From positions 1 through 58,334 of IMG/VR virus record IMGVR_UViG_3300048848_000261: DNA of 58,334 nt. One strand, written 5' to 3'. Positions 37,998 through 47,882 of the stretch are shown one piece after another. Origin of the DNA: a virus. Its lineage: Duplodnaviria; Caudoviricetes. Position 1 is the first letter of the stretch. Every line of letters begins with the position of its first letter. The position numbers and the translations under genes are program-made. The notes below the pieces were generated by a model that was not told where the DNA came from, searched no databases, and worked only from the letters and a program-made list of their open reading frames with translations.

Positions 37998-39698
37998 TTA
38001 GCCGAAGACCAGCATCTGGTAGCTTGGCGATTTTTTGGGTTCCGGATTGAGAAACATCAGCATGGCGGCGTTGAAAAGCGCCATCAGGGGGTCGATTTTC
38101 GCCGCGCCTGATACTTCCTTGGTCACCACGTAATTGCTGCCGCGTAGGGTCTGCTTGGCATTCCCAACGGCCCAAGCCATCAACGCCTGGTCACCATGAA
38201 CGAAACGTCTGTCTTCCAGCTTCAGCGGGACAGACGAAATTGCAGTCTGGAGCTTCCAGCCTTGCGCAACAGCTTCAAGCTGTGGCGCTTCGAGGTTTCT
38301 CTCCTCCAGAGCGTCGAGCAGCAAAGCAATCCCAGCCGAGTCCAGTCCAATACCGCGCGCCTCAGGTAAAAGACCCGTGTCAGCAATCCTCCGACAGATA
38401 TCAGCTGCAGAAGCAGCCTGATCTTCGCTGCTTTTGGAGATGATGAGTTCGCCAAGACCCTCAAATTCCCTCAGGCGAGACGAGATGCCCTTACGCCTCT
38501 CAAAAACGCTCTGCCGAGCCCAAGCCTGACCCCAACCAAGCCAACGCTTGGTGACCTTCTCCCGGCCGATGACGTACAGTGCCGCGAGATCGTCAGCGCC
38601 ACCCCAGTCAATGCCGATGGTGCAAACCTCGGATCGACGGAGAAGATCATCAAGCCCTGCCAACTTCGGATCTACGCAGTCGGTCCAGTGGACAGCCCCC
38701 GACCATCCGTCACCGCCGATCCCTACACCGATCTGAATATTCAGATGCTGGCTGGTCCAGATTTGTTCGGCTTCAGGATTGGCTTTGCCGTTGTTTTCGT
38801 AGTCGGCGACCAGGAGTTCGGGATCGATTGACCGGCCCAGGTTTGGAAGCACTGCGCCCCAATTGCTCTGATTCCGCCAGTATTCCTGATCAATCTGCTT
38901 CTCGACGGGAAACTCGTAAAGGACAGGAAGCATGATCGGCGCTCCACCGCCTTTGCCTTCCCTAATGGCCCGCGCTTTGTCCAACTCGATCTTCCAGATC
39001 CCGGTTGGCGCCTCATCGGATTGCGTGGTGATCATCAGCACCTGACCGCCTTGCATCGTGATGCCGCCGCCTCGGATCTGCTGCATCACGGCTGCTGCCT
39101 TGTTCTTCTTCCCCAGCTCGTGCAGCTCATCGATGATTGTGAGGATCGGTATCTCACCGGTAATGATGCCCGTGTCGAACGTCTTCACATCCAGCTTCGT
39201 GCCGGTCTTGATACGCGTGATCCGTTTTTCGCTGTCCTGCACGTCGAAGATGCTTCTCAACCGCGGGTCGATCCGGATCATGCCCTGTGCCTGCTCGAAG
39301 CAGCGCGTTGAGATATTTTGGCTCGGCGCAACGATCAGCATCTGCCGGTTTGGCGCTTCCTCCATGAAGAGAGCCGTCAGCCCGAGGGCCGCAACGTAGG
39401 TCGTCTTGGAGTTCTTCTTCGGGACCATGCAAAGCAGCTCCCGAACCAGAATTTTCTTTGTTTCTGGATCCTCGCTTGCCAAAAACGCGCAAAGAATTTC
39501 ACGGAACCAGTCGCCGCAGGCCTCCGACAGAGGCGGATTGCCAGCGATGTCAGGCAGACGTAAACGGTTGAAGAATGCAACTGCCTTCGCCGCCTTGGCT
39601 TCGTTCAGCGGAACGTCCGCCATTGGTGTTTGGCCGGCCTGCAGTCTTTCCCACCAATCCAGACAGGCGAACCGCGGCAGATCTTCAGTGGCGTGCAT
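37998..39698 (-). CDS. terL: Terminase large subunit
   Basis: VPKKNSKT (Walker A), IIDELH (Walker B), GIDWGGADDL, KIDPLMA. Confidence 0.95.
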   Translation of the reverse strand: MHATEDLPRFACLDWWERLQAGQTPMADVPLNEAKAAKAVAFFNRLRLPDIAGNPPLSEACGDWFREILCAFLASEDPETKKILVRELLCMVPKKNSKTTYVAALGLTALFMEEAPNRQMLIVAPSQNISTRCFEQAQGMIRIDPRLRSIFDVQDSEKRITRIKTGTKLDVKTFDTGIITGEIPILTIIDELHELGKKNKAAAVMQQIRGGGITMQGGQVLMITTQSDEAPTGIWKIELDKARAIREGKGGGAPIMLPVLYEFPVEKQIDQEYWRNQSNWGAVLPNLGRSIDPELLVADYENNGKANPEAEQIWTSQHLNIQIGVGIGGDGWSGAVHWTDCVDPKLAGLDDLLRRSEVCTIGIDWGGADDLAALYVIGREKVTKRWLGWGQAWARQSVFERRKGISSRLREFEGLGELIISKSSEDQAASAADICRRIADTGLLPEARGIGLDSAGIALLLDALEERNLEAPQLEAVAQGWKLQTAISSVPLKLEDRRFVHGDQALMAWAVGNAKQTLRGSNYVVTKEVSGAAKIDPLMALFNAAMLMFLNPEPKKSPSYQMLVFG

Positions 39699-40173
39699 GC
39701 TGTTGAGCTTCCTGCTCAAGCTCCGCCATCAGATCAGCGTCCGCATCGATCGCCTGACGTTCTGTGAGGATTTTCTTGCCGACCCGTTCGGTTGGCGCAG
39801 GCTTGTTGTCCTTTGGTTTCGTTGCCATTTCACGCTCGATCTCCATGCGATCGCTGCGCTCCATCAACTTGCCGAATTCCTTGAGCGCGCCAACATTGCC
39901 CTTCTCGGACAACTCCCAGGCTAGCTCGATCCTCCGGAGCTCCATCCGATCTCGAGCAACCTCGCGGCTGCGAAGCTCGTAAAAATAATACTTGCGCAAG
40001 GTCGGCAAAGTGACGCCGAGAGCCGATGCAATCCGTGGGTTTGTCCAGCCGAGCGCTAGCAACATGCTGACCCTGTTGCGGTTTTTCTTGCTGACCTCGT
40101 GTGCTGGACGCCCGCGTTTCGAGGGTTTGTCCACGAACGGCATCCCGAAGAGGTCGAAATTTTCGTCCGACAT
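39685..40173 (-). CDS. terS: Terminase small subunit
   Basis: RGRP.H plus HTH (IASALGVT.PTLRKYY..EL); overlaps the terL start. Confidence 0.8.
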   Translation of the reverse strand: MSDENFDLFGMPFVDKPSKRGRPAHEVSKKNRNRVSMLLALGWTNPRIASALGVTLPTLRKYYFYELRSREVARDRMELRRIELAWELSEKGNVGALKEFGKLMERSDRMEIEREMATKPKDNKPAPTERVGKKILTERQAIDADADLMAELEQEAQQHARH

Positions 40174-40174
40174 A

Positions 40175-40330
40175 AAAAAAATCCCTGAATGCGTGGGACG
40201 CGGGTGCGGGAGACGGAGGGGTTCCAGACTTTCGCCCCCCCCTCCCGGTCGATGGGGTGTGACATTTCGGTCACGCGGACGTCGGGGGTCAGGGTCGAGG
40301 GGTAGGAAATCCCGATTTTCGGTCTCAACA
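40175..40330. other. Probable cos/packaging site region
   Basis: Intergenic between HNH and terS, with a G8 run (GGGGGGGCGAAAGT on minus) and repeated GGTCGA.GGG...TTTCGGTC; typical of HNH-associated cos phages. Confidence 0.5.
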
Positions 40331-40368
40331 GATGAGGTTAGCTCTCATAACTTTTCTATGTTTCGAGG

Positions 40369-40737
40369 CTACCAACCGGGCTGTGCCCGCTCCTGCTTCT
40401 GCTTCTCGCTGTCGTGGTAGGCTTTCGTCACGGTCTGCAGGTTGCCTATGTCCCAGAACAACTGCTCGTCCCAGTGATGCGGCTTCTTGTGGTCGCACAC
40501 TGGACTGTTCGGAGCGGGATGCGTGCCGACACAGATCACTCCGGTCTGCTTGCACGTGTAGTTGTCTCGCTCAAGAACCTGAAGCCGTAGCTTCTTCCAA
40601 CGTTCACTGTGATACCACTTGCGGTTCGGCGTGTTGATCTCGCGCTCTCGCAGTCTGGCCTTCTCATCACCGACAGCACGGCCAAGGCGAGGCGGCATCG
40701 AGGCCAGTCGAGGTGGCAGGGACTTGAGACGAGGCAT
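40369..40737 (-). CDS. HNH endonuclease (terminase-associated)
   Basis: WY...RW..LR..VL.RD.Y.C; DHK.PH; NLQ....H. Confidence 0.9.
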   Translation of the reverse strand: MPRLKSLPPRLASMPPRLGRAVGDEKARLREREINTPNRKWYHSERWKKLRLQVLERDNYTCKQTGVICVGTHPAPNSPVCDHKKPHHWDEQLFWDIGNLQTVTKAYHDSEKQKQERAQPGW

Positions 40738-40750
40738 ACTCTAAGACGAC

Positions 40751-40773
40751 AAAAGGCGACCTTCCGGCCGCCT
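40751..40773 (-). terminator. Intrinsic terminator in the late-operon leader
   Basis: AGGCGGCC-GGAA-GGTCGCCT followed by TTT on the minus strand, just before the HNH start. Confidence 0.7.
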
Positions 40774-40947
40774 CATCATCGTCATCGCATAGCGGTAGCA
40801 GTTGCCCTGAATCGATGCCTCAGTGGTGAGGCTTGTAGGGCTGGGGTCGGGTGCATTGGTCCCTGAGGCTGTTGCCTGCTCTTCCCATCGTCACGCGATG
40901 GGGATCAGAGGGGATGCCGTCCAACTCGTCCAGTGCGAGAATGACTC

Positions 40948-41595
40948 TCACAGCTTCTTGAGGAAAGCAAGTGGCATGCTTTCAATCTCGAACACCTGAC
41001 CATCGACGTTGATTGCAACTCTTGCCTTCGCCTGTCTGCACCATTTGATTTGAAGGATCAGGCAGGTGAAACCGGAAAAGGCACTTCCTTCGATCTCTGC
41101 TCTGTCTCCCTCGACAAAGGTCTTGTCAGTTGCGACGCGTGGCACGTCATCATCTGCAATCTTCTTGAAAAGATTGATAACTTCATCGCGGATGCAAAGC
41201 GGCGCCCCGGTGCTTCCACCCATCAGACGCACCACATTCTTCTGCCTTCTGAGGCCATCGAACGCTTCATCAGACGGAACGCATCGCACCATCAGGTAGC
41301 CTGGAAGCATCGAGATTTCCTGCAGGAACTTCTTCCCGCGACGAACAACCATCACTTTTTGGCGCGCAAGAAAGACCTCGACGCTGGCCTCAATTAAAGC
41401 CTTTTCCACAGAGAACTCATGGCGTGGTTCGACTTGAAGGCAAAACCAACGGGCTAGGTGTGGGTGATTCTCTGTCACTGTCATCGTTGCTTCCTTCAGG
41501 TTTCTAGCGGCGATCCTGCGCATTCTGTCTTCGAAGCGCTCTCTGCCCTGGTTTGCGACTGGCGATCCGATCACCGTTCTATGCTGCATCATCAT
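40948..41595 (-). CDS. NusG-paralog transcription antiterminator
   Basis: NGN domain (WFCL.V.P..E, LPGYL.V) and KOW domain (F..GD...I..SAFSGF). Confidence 0.85.
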   Translation of the reverse strand: MMMQHRTVIGSPVANQGRERFEDRMRRIAARNLKEATMTVTENHPHLARWFCLQVEPRHEFSVEKALIEASVEVFLARQKVMVVRRGKKFLQEISMLPGYLMVRCVPSDEAFDGLRRQKNVVRLMGGSTGAPLCIRDEVINLFKKIADDDVPRVATDKTFVEGDRAEIEGSAFSGFTCLILQIKWCRQAKARVAINVDGQVFEIESMPLAFLKKL

Positions 41596-42823
41596 CCCGC
41601 CTCTCGATCAGCTTTCTCTGGAATTCCCGAAGGGCCTCCGCCACCGCCTCATCAGGATCATCGATCCCTTCCGGCAGTGCCGGGAACTGCACGAACGGCA
41701 ACCCGTTCGGCTCTGGCAACCATGGCCAGCAACGATCGGCATGCAGGCGTTTCCAAGCCTCCCAGATATCGCCACCAACTGCGACCTTGTCGAAGCTGGA
41801 CGAGATCGCGACAATGCGCGGATGAACGAACGCAGACCGACGCTCGCGAGCACCTTCGTTCAGTTTCACAGCCTCAGGCCAGCCCGACTTTTCCCGCTTG
41901 TCCCGCCAGATCACCTCTTCCTTCTCGGGCTTGGTTTCGATGATCTGTGCTTCCAGTGGGGTTAGCGTCAGATGAACGGGCGGCTTTGACAGTTCCGCGA
42001 GGCGCAGCGCACTCCAGGCGCGCGAATATGGATTGTGCCTCTCAGGCGTTGCCGCTGTTGCAGGCCTGTCGTCCAGACGCTCCCACGCCCGTTCTGAGAG
42101 ATAGGTCGCCGCAGCCTTTGAGAACTTGCGACCGCTGGCTTTGGCGGCAGCGAGATAGTCAGGGGTCCGTTCCTCACAGGCCTTACGCTGCTCAGGCGCC
42201 AGATCCTGCCAGGCGCGCCGTGTCGGCATCTCAGCGTCGATGGCGTATGTCGGCCACGATGACCACCATTTCCGAAAACGCCGCTCCAGCGCTTTGGGAT
42301 TTTCTTCCCCTTCATCGTCTTCGCTCGCGCGCTCTCTCTCTTCTCGTTTAACAGGAGGCGTTAAGGTAGAGGCGTTAATAGGTGCCGGTCCAGAACCGGC
42401 AGGGGGTGCCGACTCTGGACCGGCAGGGGGTGCCGGTATACCGGCAGGGGGTGCTCCAGCTGCAGCGGACGAATTAGGATCAAATTCCTCCTTATCGTCG
42501 GCGTCCCATGCGTCAAATGCAGAGCTATCGACGGCTGAATCGTAGATGACGCGATACCAATGAGCGCTGTCACGACCGCTCGCGCTTTCCACCTTACGGC
42601 GCTCCAGGGCACCAATTTCCACAAGACGGTCAATCGCCGCCTGGACTGTCGAGCGCGAGCACGACAGCGCCTCAGCAAGCTTCACCTGGCTTCGCCGGCA
42701 CCAGCCGTGGCGGGTGTTGGCGTTCCGGCCCAGCATGCAGATCACCTGCAGATCCTTGCCCTTCAGGCGCGGGTCCGTGACTATCCATCCCGGTATGATC
42801 GAGAGACGGGGCTCAGATGTCAT
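41579..42823 (-). CDS. Replication initiator (N-terminal HTH, lambda O-like layout)
   Basis: SQ..LAE.L..SRSTVQ.AI.RL...G; internal iterons; F..WW..WP domain. Confidence 0.8.
   Translation of the reverse strand: MTSEPRLSIIPGWIVTDPRLKGKDLQVICMLGRNANTRHGWCRRSQVKLAEALSCSRSTVQAAIDRLVEIGALERRKVESASGRDSAHWYRVIYDSAVDSSAFDAWDADDKEEFDPNSSAAAGAPPAGIPAPPAGPESAPPAGSGPAPINASTLTPPVKREERERASEDDEGEENPKALERRFRKWWSSWPTYAIDAEMPTRRAWQDLAPEQRKACEERTPDYLAAAKASGRKFSKAAATYLSERAWERLDDRPATAATPERHNPYSRAWSALRLAELSKPPVHLTLTPLEAQIIETKPEKEEVIWRDKREKSGWPEAVKLNEGARERRSAFVHPRIVAISSSFDKVAVGGDIWEAWKRLHADRCWPWLPEPNGLPFVQFPALPEGIDDPDEAVAEALREFQRKLIERRDDDAA
42395..42454. repeat. Iterons of the phage origin
   Basis: ACCGGCAGGGGGTGC at 42395, 42419 and 42440 inside the initiator gene, next to a TTAA-rich stretch. 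Confidence 0.7.
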
Positions 42824-43107
42824 TCCACCATTTCCCCCTGCTTCACGGCGCCCCACATCAGCTTGCGGGAATAGTCCGTGATCTGGCGCGTCTCGATCGG
42901 GATCGACCCGTCGTCCAGCCGAACCGAATTAACGTGAGCGACGAGCGCCGCGAGATAGGCCAGCCCGCCGGAGAAACCGGCAGCTCCTAGGACAGCCGCA
43001 ATGTCGGCATGGTCGCGCTGGATGACGCCGAGCGGAATAGTCGAAAGCCACACCGCCCGCGCCCGGTCGTTTTGCAGGTCCGCCAGAATATCGAGGATGG
43101 GGTTCAT
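42820..43107 (-). CDS. Hypothetical phage protein
   Basis: ATGA-coupled; RA.WL...PLGV motif. Confidence 0.7.
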   Translation of the reverse strand: MNPILDILADLQNDRARAVWLSTIPLGVIQRDHADIAAVLGAAGFSGGLAYLAALVAHVNSVRLDDGSIPIETRQITDYSRKLMWGAVKQGEMVE

Positions 43108-43388
43108 GGGACCTCCCTCGATGTTTCACGTTGCGCAGATGCTGTAACAGCCTGATTCCGCTGGCCTCGATCATGGAAGACGAGATAGTCGGAAGGATCG
43201 ACACCCATCGCCGTGCACAGCGCGAGATGGCTTGCTGCCGACAAAACCTGACAGCTGCATGCTCGCGAGAGCATCGCCGGGTTCAGTCCGTCATGCGCAG
43301 ATGAGGCGTTGCGCGTCGAAAGCCCTGTCGACTTCAGCCAGTCGCGTGTGTCCATTGCCAAACGGTCGCGATCGATTTCGGGGATCAT
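43104..43388 (-). CDS. Small HTH-like protein
   Basis: GLSTR.A...GLNPAMLSR...LC.AMG.DP.DY. Confidence 0.65.
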   Translation of the reverse strand: MIPEIDRDRLAMDTRDWLKSTGLSTRNASSAHDGLNPAMLSRACSCQVLSAASHLALCTAMGVDPSDYLVFHDRGQRNQAVTASAQRETSREVP

Positions 43389-43702
43389 CGAACAATCTCC
43401 TGTTCTGTCATACCGACGAGGCGGATTCCGAACCGGCCAGGGTCCGCGTCCAGCGCCTTCCACAGCCGCTCGCGCGGAGCCGGCGAAATGCGGCGACCGG
43501 ACAGCACCAGTTCCAGCTGCTCCGGCGTGATGTCCGCGCGGCGAATGAGGTGAGCGCGCTCAGCGGCGCAGGCCTCGTCGAAGCTCAGTGCCTTGCGGCG
43601 GGCGCTCTTGCGTTCGTCCGGAAATGCCGCTCGAAAGCCGGCCATCTGGATTCGCGCATTCACGAAGCCGCGCAGCATGGCGGGTGAAAAGTGAGGGTTC
43701 AT
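43385..43702 (-). CDS. Small HTH-like protein
   Basis: P.FSP.MLR.F; coupled to its neighbours. Confidence 0.65.
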   Translation of the reverse strand: MNPHFSPAMLRGFVNARIQMAGFRAAFPDERKSARRKALSFDEACAAERAHLIRRADITPEQLELVLSGRRISPAPRERLWKALDADPGRFGIRLVGMTEQEIVR

Positions 43703-45153
43703 GCCGCCACCTCGTCGAGTGTCGCGCCGAGCAGCACAGCAGCCGTGGCATTGAGCGCAGTCGTTCCGGCCGACGAGATCTGCCACCCGTCATCACCGTG
43801 GCCGGCCCAGATCAGACCCTTGGCCGCGAGATCCGCAATCAGGGCGTCGGAAACCGATGGCCTAACGCCAATGCCGCGCCGCAGCCGTGCTGCATCAAAG
43901 CCGGGGTTCTCTGCCATCCACACCAGCGCCCGCGCCGTCTCTTCGTCGCAGCGCTCTTCCAGCGTCTTGCGGGGCGTGGTGCGAGCAAACTCTTCATCCG
44001 GTGCATCGAAGCTCAGCGGGGAAACGAACCCACCGGCACCCGGCGTTAGTGGGTCCGCTGTCTCAAAATGCTTCCAGTCGACACGAATGAGCTGCGGATG
44101 ACCGATGCCATAGCTGCCGTCGTCGTTCCGCTCCCATATGAACCAGGCCGTATTCATCTGAGAGCTGGCCTTGTCGCCTTCCCAGCCGTCGCGGTGCATC
44201 ATCGGCAATCGCCGGGTGAAGACGTAAACCCGCGATGGCGGGCATTCGTCCATCACAAAGCACCTGTCGGGATCGTCGAAGCCGCAAAGGAAGTTAAGAT
44301 TCAGCAGCATTGCCATCTTGCGCGGCTTGTGCGCGCGAAGGGCGTGCGCGACATACGCATTCGCCACGCCATAGGGCGGGTTGGTAACGATGTCGCAGTC
44401 GCCATTTTGACCAACGGAAAGAAGGAAGTCGCCGACGCCTTGGCACTCGCCATGCTGCGTCGTGACGCCGCGATCGACGAGGTCGGAGATGGTCACCTCG
44501 TAGCCCGCCGTCTCCAGCGGACGCAGGATTGCGCCCTTGCCGACGCTCGGCTCGACCACGTTCAGGCTGAAGCTTTCGAGCGCCAGCAGCGTCCGCATGG
44601 CTTCGCTCGGCGTCTCATAGAGATCGTGGCCGCGATCTTCCTTGGTTGCTGTCTTGGTGCCGGTCGCGTGCCGCGCCGCCTTCTTCAGCGCCGCGCGGCT
44701 CGGCTCCAATCCTTCGGACATCCGCACCTCAATGACGCGCTCCACGAAGTTTGGCTCGTCGCGCACGTGGTCGCGCAGCTTGCGGGCCTCATGCAGATGC
44801 TTGGCATCCAAACCAACATCCTGGAGAGTGAAAACATTCTCGTCGGGAATATTTGATGGCCGACCCGGTCGGGCGATTTGCCCCTTCGCCTGCGCATCGT
44901 CGACGGCGTCTGCCATCGCCACATAGCAAAGGCTCTCGATCTTCAACGCTTCCGCCTGCATGCGCCTCGCCTTGTCGACCAGATCGCGCGAGGTCTTCAC
45001 ACGTTCCGCAGAACCGGCGACCGCCTTGGCTTGGTCATAGGCAACCGATGACAGCTTGAGAGCGCGCTCGACATCGCCGGCATCCAGCAGCGCGCGTGCC
45101 GTCTCTATGCAGGCAACCAGTTCCGAGCTGTCACGGATAGCAAGCTCAGTCAT
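43699..45153 (-). CDS. Orphan amino (N6A/N4C) DNA methyltransferase with an N-terminal extension
   Basis: DLYETP, EPSVGKG (motif I), DFL, IVTNPPY (motif IV), AWFIW. Confidence 0.8.
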   Translation of the reverse strand: MTELAIRDSSELVACIETARALLDAGDVERALKLSSVAYDQAKAVAGSAERVKTSRDLVDKARRMQAEALKIESLCYVAMADAVDDAQAKGQIARPGRPSNIPDENVFTLQDVGLDAKHLHEARKLRDHVRDEPNFVERVIEVRMSEGLEPSRAALKKAARHATGTKTATKEDRGHDLYETPSEAMRTLLALESFSLNVVEPSVGKGAILRPLETAGYEVTISDLVDRGVTTQHGECQGVGDFLLSVGQNGDCDIVTNPPYGVANAYVAHALRAHKPRKMAMLLNLNFLCGFDDPDRCFVMDECPPSRVYVFTRRLPMMHRDGWEGDKASSQMNTAWFIWERNDDGSYGIGHPQLIRVDWKHFETADPLTPGAGGFVSPLSFDAPDEEFARTTPRKTLEERCDEETARALVWMAENPGFDAARLRRGIGVRPSVSDALIADLAAKGLIWAGHGDDGWQISSAGTTALNATAAVLLGATLDEVAA

Positions 45154-45368
45154 GATGGTCGCCTCGCGTGCGGATCGCGCCAGCAGATGCCACCTTCAAT
45201 GAAGGCGCGCACATAGCGCTCATACGCAGCCTCGTCGCGTTGCTGGACGCCGTCCGAGAAGTCACCTGCATTGAGGCCGTCGAGATATTTGGCGAACGCG
45301 CGGAAATTTCGGAGCTGCGCTCTTTGAAGCTGGTCGTCGAAGGGTCGCGACATCGGGGCTACGGTCAT
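45150..45368 (-). CDS. Hypothetical protein
   Basis: ATGA-coupled; GGAGG RBS. Confidence 0.55.
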   Translation of the reverse strand: MTVAPMSRPFDDQLQRAQLRNFRAFAKYLDGLNAGDFSDGVQQRDEAAYERYVRAFIEGGICWRDPHARRPS

Positions 45369-45694
45369 GACGCCCTCCGATACGTGCGCCAGCCGTCGAG
45401 AACGCGCGAAACCGTCGCCTCCGAGACACCGAGCCCCTTGGCTATCGATGCGCTGTCCCATTCGCCGCGCTCCCAGAGCAGCAGCGTGGCGCCGACGATC
45501 GCGTCGAGATCCGCGTCAGTGACCGGCATCCCTTTCTCGCGCGCGCAGACCGCCGCAAAGCCGAGGTCGAACACCTGACCAGCCCAGATCGACGAGGCAA
45601 CACCACGTTCCGCCGCCTGCCGATCGAGCGTCGTCTTCGCCTTCTCGGGCACATTGATAGTCACGCCGACAAGCCTGAACGCGGTGCGGGCCAT
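45365..45694 (-). CDS. RHH plus HTH DNA-binding protein
   Basis: VTINVP...K..LD..A..RG; IAKGLGVSEATVSRVL. Confidence 0.75.
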   Translation of the reverse strand: MARTAFRLVGVTINVPEKAKTTLDRQAAERGVASSIWAGQVFDLGFAAVCAREKGMPVTDADLDAIVGATLLLWERGEWDSASIAKGLGVSEATVSRVLDGWRTYRRAS

Positions 45695-45698
45695 GGGA

Positions 45699-46205
45699 TC
45701 ATTCCCCGCCGACGATCTTCAGAGCCGGCGAAGCATCGCCGCCCTTGGCTGCAATTTCGGCGTAACGACGCTTTTGCTCGATCGACTGCTCGATGATCGT
45801 ATCGAGGTCGCGCATGCCCTGCCGCGCTTCCGCGGGGCTCACCTGCAGGTCGGAATAGGCAATGGAGGCATTGCGCTGATACTCGTTCGCCGCAGCGCCG
45901 ATCGCGAGGGAGCCGCGCACCAGGCACGTGCCGTCGCGGTTCTTCTCTTCCGGGTCCGTGAGTTTGCAACCATGCAGACCGGCCATAACCCGCGTGACGC
46001 AAGGGTCGCCGCATTCAGCTTCCAGGCGCAACACGGCCGGGATCGGCAGCAGCTCTGTGTCGGAATCTGCATTGCAGCGGCCGACCTGGCTTTTAGAAAG
46101 CGAGCAGGTTTCCGCTGCAGCTTCAATTCCGCCGTTCTTCTTGATCAGCAGACGGTTGGCGGCTTTCAGCTGATGGAACCAGGCGTTCGTCAAAGTATCC
46201 TGCAT
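45699..46205 (-). CDS. CII-like regulatory protein
   Basis: LKAA.R.LI...GG.EAAA...SKSQVGR; P...V..LEAECG.P.VT; downstream of cro. Confidence 0.7.
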   Translation of the reverse strand: MQDTLTNAWFHQLKAANRLLIKKNGGIEAAAETCSLSKSQVGRCNADSDTELLPIPAVLRLEAECGDPCVTRVMAGLHGCKLTDPEEKNRDGTCLVRGSLAIGAAANEYQRNASIAYSDLQVSPAEARQGMRDLDTIIEQSIEQKRRYAEIAAKGGDASPALKIVGGE

Positions 46206-46506
46206 GGGGGTTCTCCAGACACAGTTTTCCCGCGCCGGGAAAAGTCCCGCGCGTTTCCCATCGTGGGAAGCATTCGAAAGTGAGAAGTTCAGCGCATCAG
46301 ATCACGGGGGACCGCATGCACGAAGCTCAAGAAAAGAAATCGGCCGGAACGGTCCGCCAGACAGGGTCTGCTCCGGCCGAGGTGCCGCGCGGCGTGAACG
46401 CAATACCTTCGCCGCGCGGTGTTTGGTGGCGGGACGGGAGGAGAAACCGCCACCGGGGGGAACAAGATTGGCATGTTGAGTTGCCATCAGGAGAACCTAT
46501 GCGATC

Positions 46507-46740
46507 TCATGCCGCCTCCGCTGGCACAGAAAGAAAAGTAGCAAGATCGATCTCGATGCCCGCTTCCTTCGCTGCATCAATAAGCGACTGCCAATGTTCT
46601 TGGGGGATGCGACCACGATCCTTCCAGCCCTGCACGGTTGAAACTGGGAAATCGCGATCCTCAGTCGACAACGCACGAGCCGTTCTGGTCAGGCCGCCGA
46701 GCTTGTTGATTATGAACTCAGCAGGAGAGATGGCTTTCAC
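46507..46740 (-). CDS. cro: Cro-like repressor
   Basis: II.KLGG....ARAL...STVQGWK.RGRIP..HW; divergent from CI. Confidence 0.8.
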   Translation of the reverse strand: MKAISPAEFIINKLGGLTRTARALSTEDRDFPVSTVQGWKDRGRIPQEHWQSLIDAAKEAGIEIDLATFLSVPAEAA

Positions 46741-46769
46741 GATACGTATCCATGTTTCGTTGCAATGGA

Positions 46770-46826
46770 GACATACGCACCATGCGTAATAATGTCAACG
46801 TGGATTGCGTAAACGTGTTTCGCGTA
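46770..46826. promoter_or_regulatory. OR-like operators (46774-46788, 46797-46811, 46812-46826) and cro promoter
   Basis: TACGCACCATGCGTA, AACGTGGATTGCGTA, AACGTGTTTCGCGTA; minus-strand TTGACA (46798-46793)-N17-TATGTC. Confidence 0.75.
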
Positions 46827-46835
46827 AATAGCGAT

Positions 46836-47639
46836 ATGAAAATCAATCCGCCAAACGTCACTCAGAAACTTCGTAGTTTGCGCGAGCGGGCTAATCTTTC
46901 CATGGACGAGCTCGCTCAGAAAATGGGGTATGCCAGAGCGTCGAGCATTCAGCGGTATGAAAGCCAGGATTTTGGCAAAGATCATCTGCCAGCAGATTTC
47001 GTCGCAAAGCTGTTAGGTGCACTGCATAATTTGGGTCAGCCGCCTATCACTGCAGCTGAAATTTGGGATTTGGCACGACCTGAACTGGCGCCCGCAGGTC
47101 GACCACTTATAGACAGCTACGATCCGGACGCCGACGAAACAACTTCTGAAGTTGGATATACTAGAGAACATTGGCGACCAGCAGTTGACGGAGCCTTGCC
47201 GGAGATCGACGTGAAACTCGGGGCTGGTTCGGGCGTAGTTGGCGACACCATCAATTTGCCCGTAGGATCTGGCTCAGTAAGCGGACACCCCGTTGTAGCC
47301 GAATGGCTTATCCCTGAAGACTACCTTCGCAACGAGGCTAAGGCTTCGCCGCGGCAAACTCTGGTCATGGAAGTCGTTGGCGACTCTATGCAGCCAACTT
47401 ACATGCCAGGCGATAGAGTTTTGGTCGATCTAGCTCAGGATAGAATGGCTAGTGATACTGTCTATGCCATCAGCGATGGCTTCACAGAGCCACAAATCAA
47501 GAGACTTCAGCGAGTTCCTTTTTCCAATCCGACTGAAGTTATAATCATCTCGGATAATCCTAACCTAGAACGCTTTACTGTCGAACTTGATAGGCTATCA
47601 ATCATCGGCCGAGTATGCGGGCACATCGCCAGGAAGTAG
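46836..47639 (+). CDS. cI: CI repressor (HTH plus S24 autopeptidase)
   Basis: LR.LRERA.LS..ELA..MG; GAG cleavage region; V.GDSM.P; IKRL; IIGRV. Confidence 0.93.
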   Translation: MKINPPNVTQKLRSLRERANLSMDELAQKMGYARASSIQRYESQDFGKDHLPADFVAKLLGALHNLGQPPITAAEIWDLARPELAPAGRPLIDSYDPDADETTSEVGYTREHWRPAVDGALPEIDVKLGAGSGVVGDTINLPVGSGSVSGHPVVAEWLIPEDYLRNEAKASPRQTLVMEVVGDSMQPTYMPGDRVLVDLAQDRMASDTVYAISDGFTEPQIKRLQRVPFSNPTEVIIISDNPNLERFTVELDRLSIIGRVCGHIARK

Positions 47640-47882
47640 CCCTTTGGCGCGCCGCTTCACTGCCTTCAGATCGAAGCGGCGCGAAACACATAAGGCACCA
47701 TCAAGCACCCATCCTTCTGCATGATCGCCAGCGGCCACCGGAGCCGTTTGCGGAATTTTTGCGTCGTGCTTGTCGATCATTCAACTACCCCGTTCCTGAT
47801 GCGTTCTCTTACAAAGCAGTTTCGGCTAATTGAGTCGAGTCGGAAAAACTAAGAGGAAGGGCCAAAGCCGCAATGCAGCTTT

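Noticed and set aside
47598-47780. 60-aa ORF convergent on cI
   Set aside because: It overlaps the cI 3' end and has no recognisable features; insufficient support.
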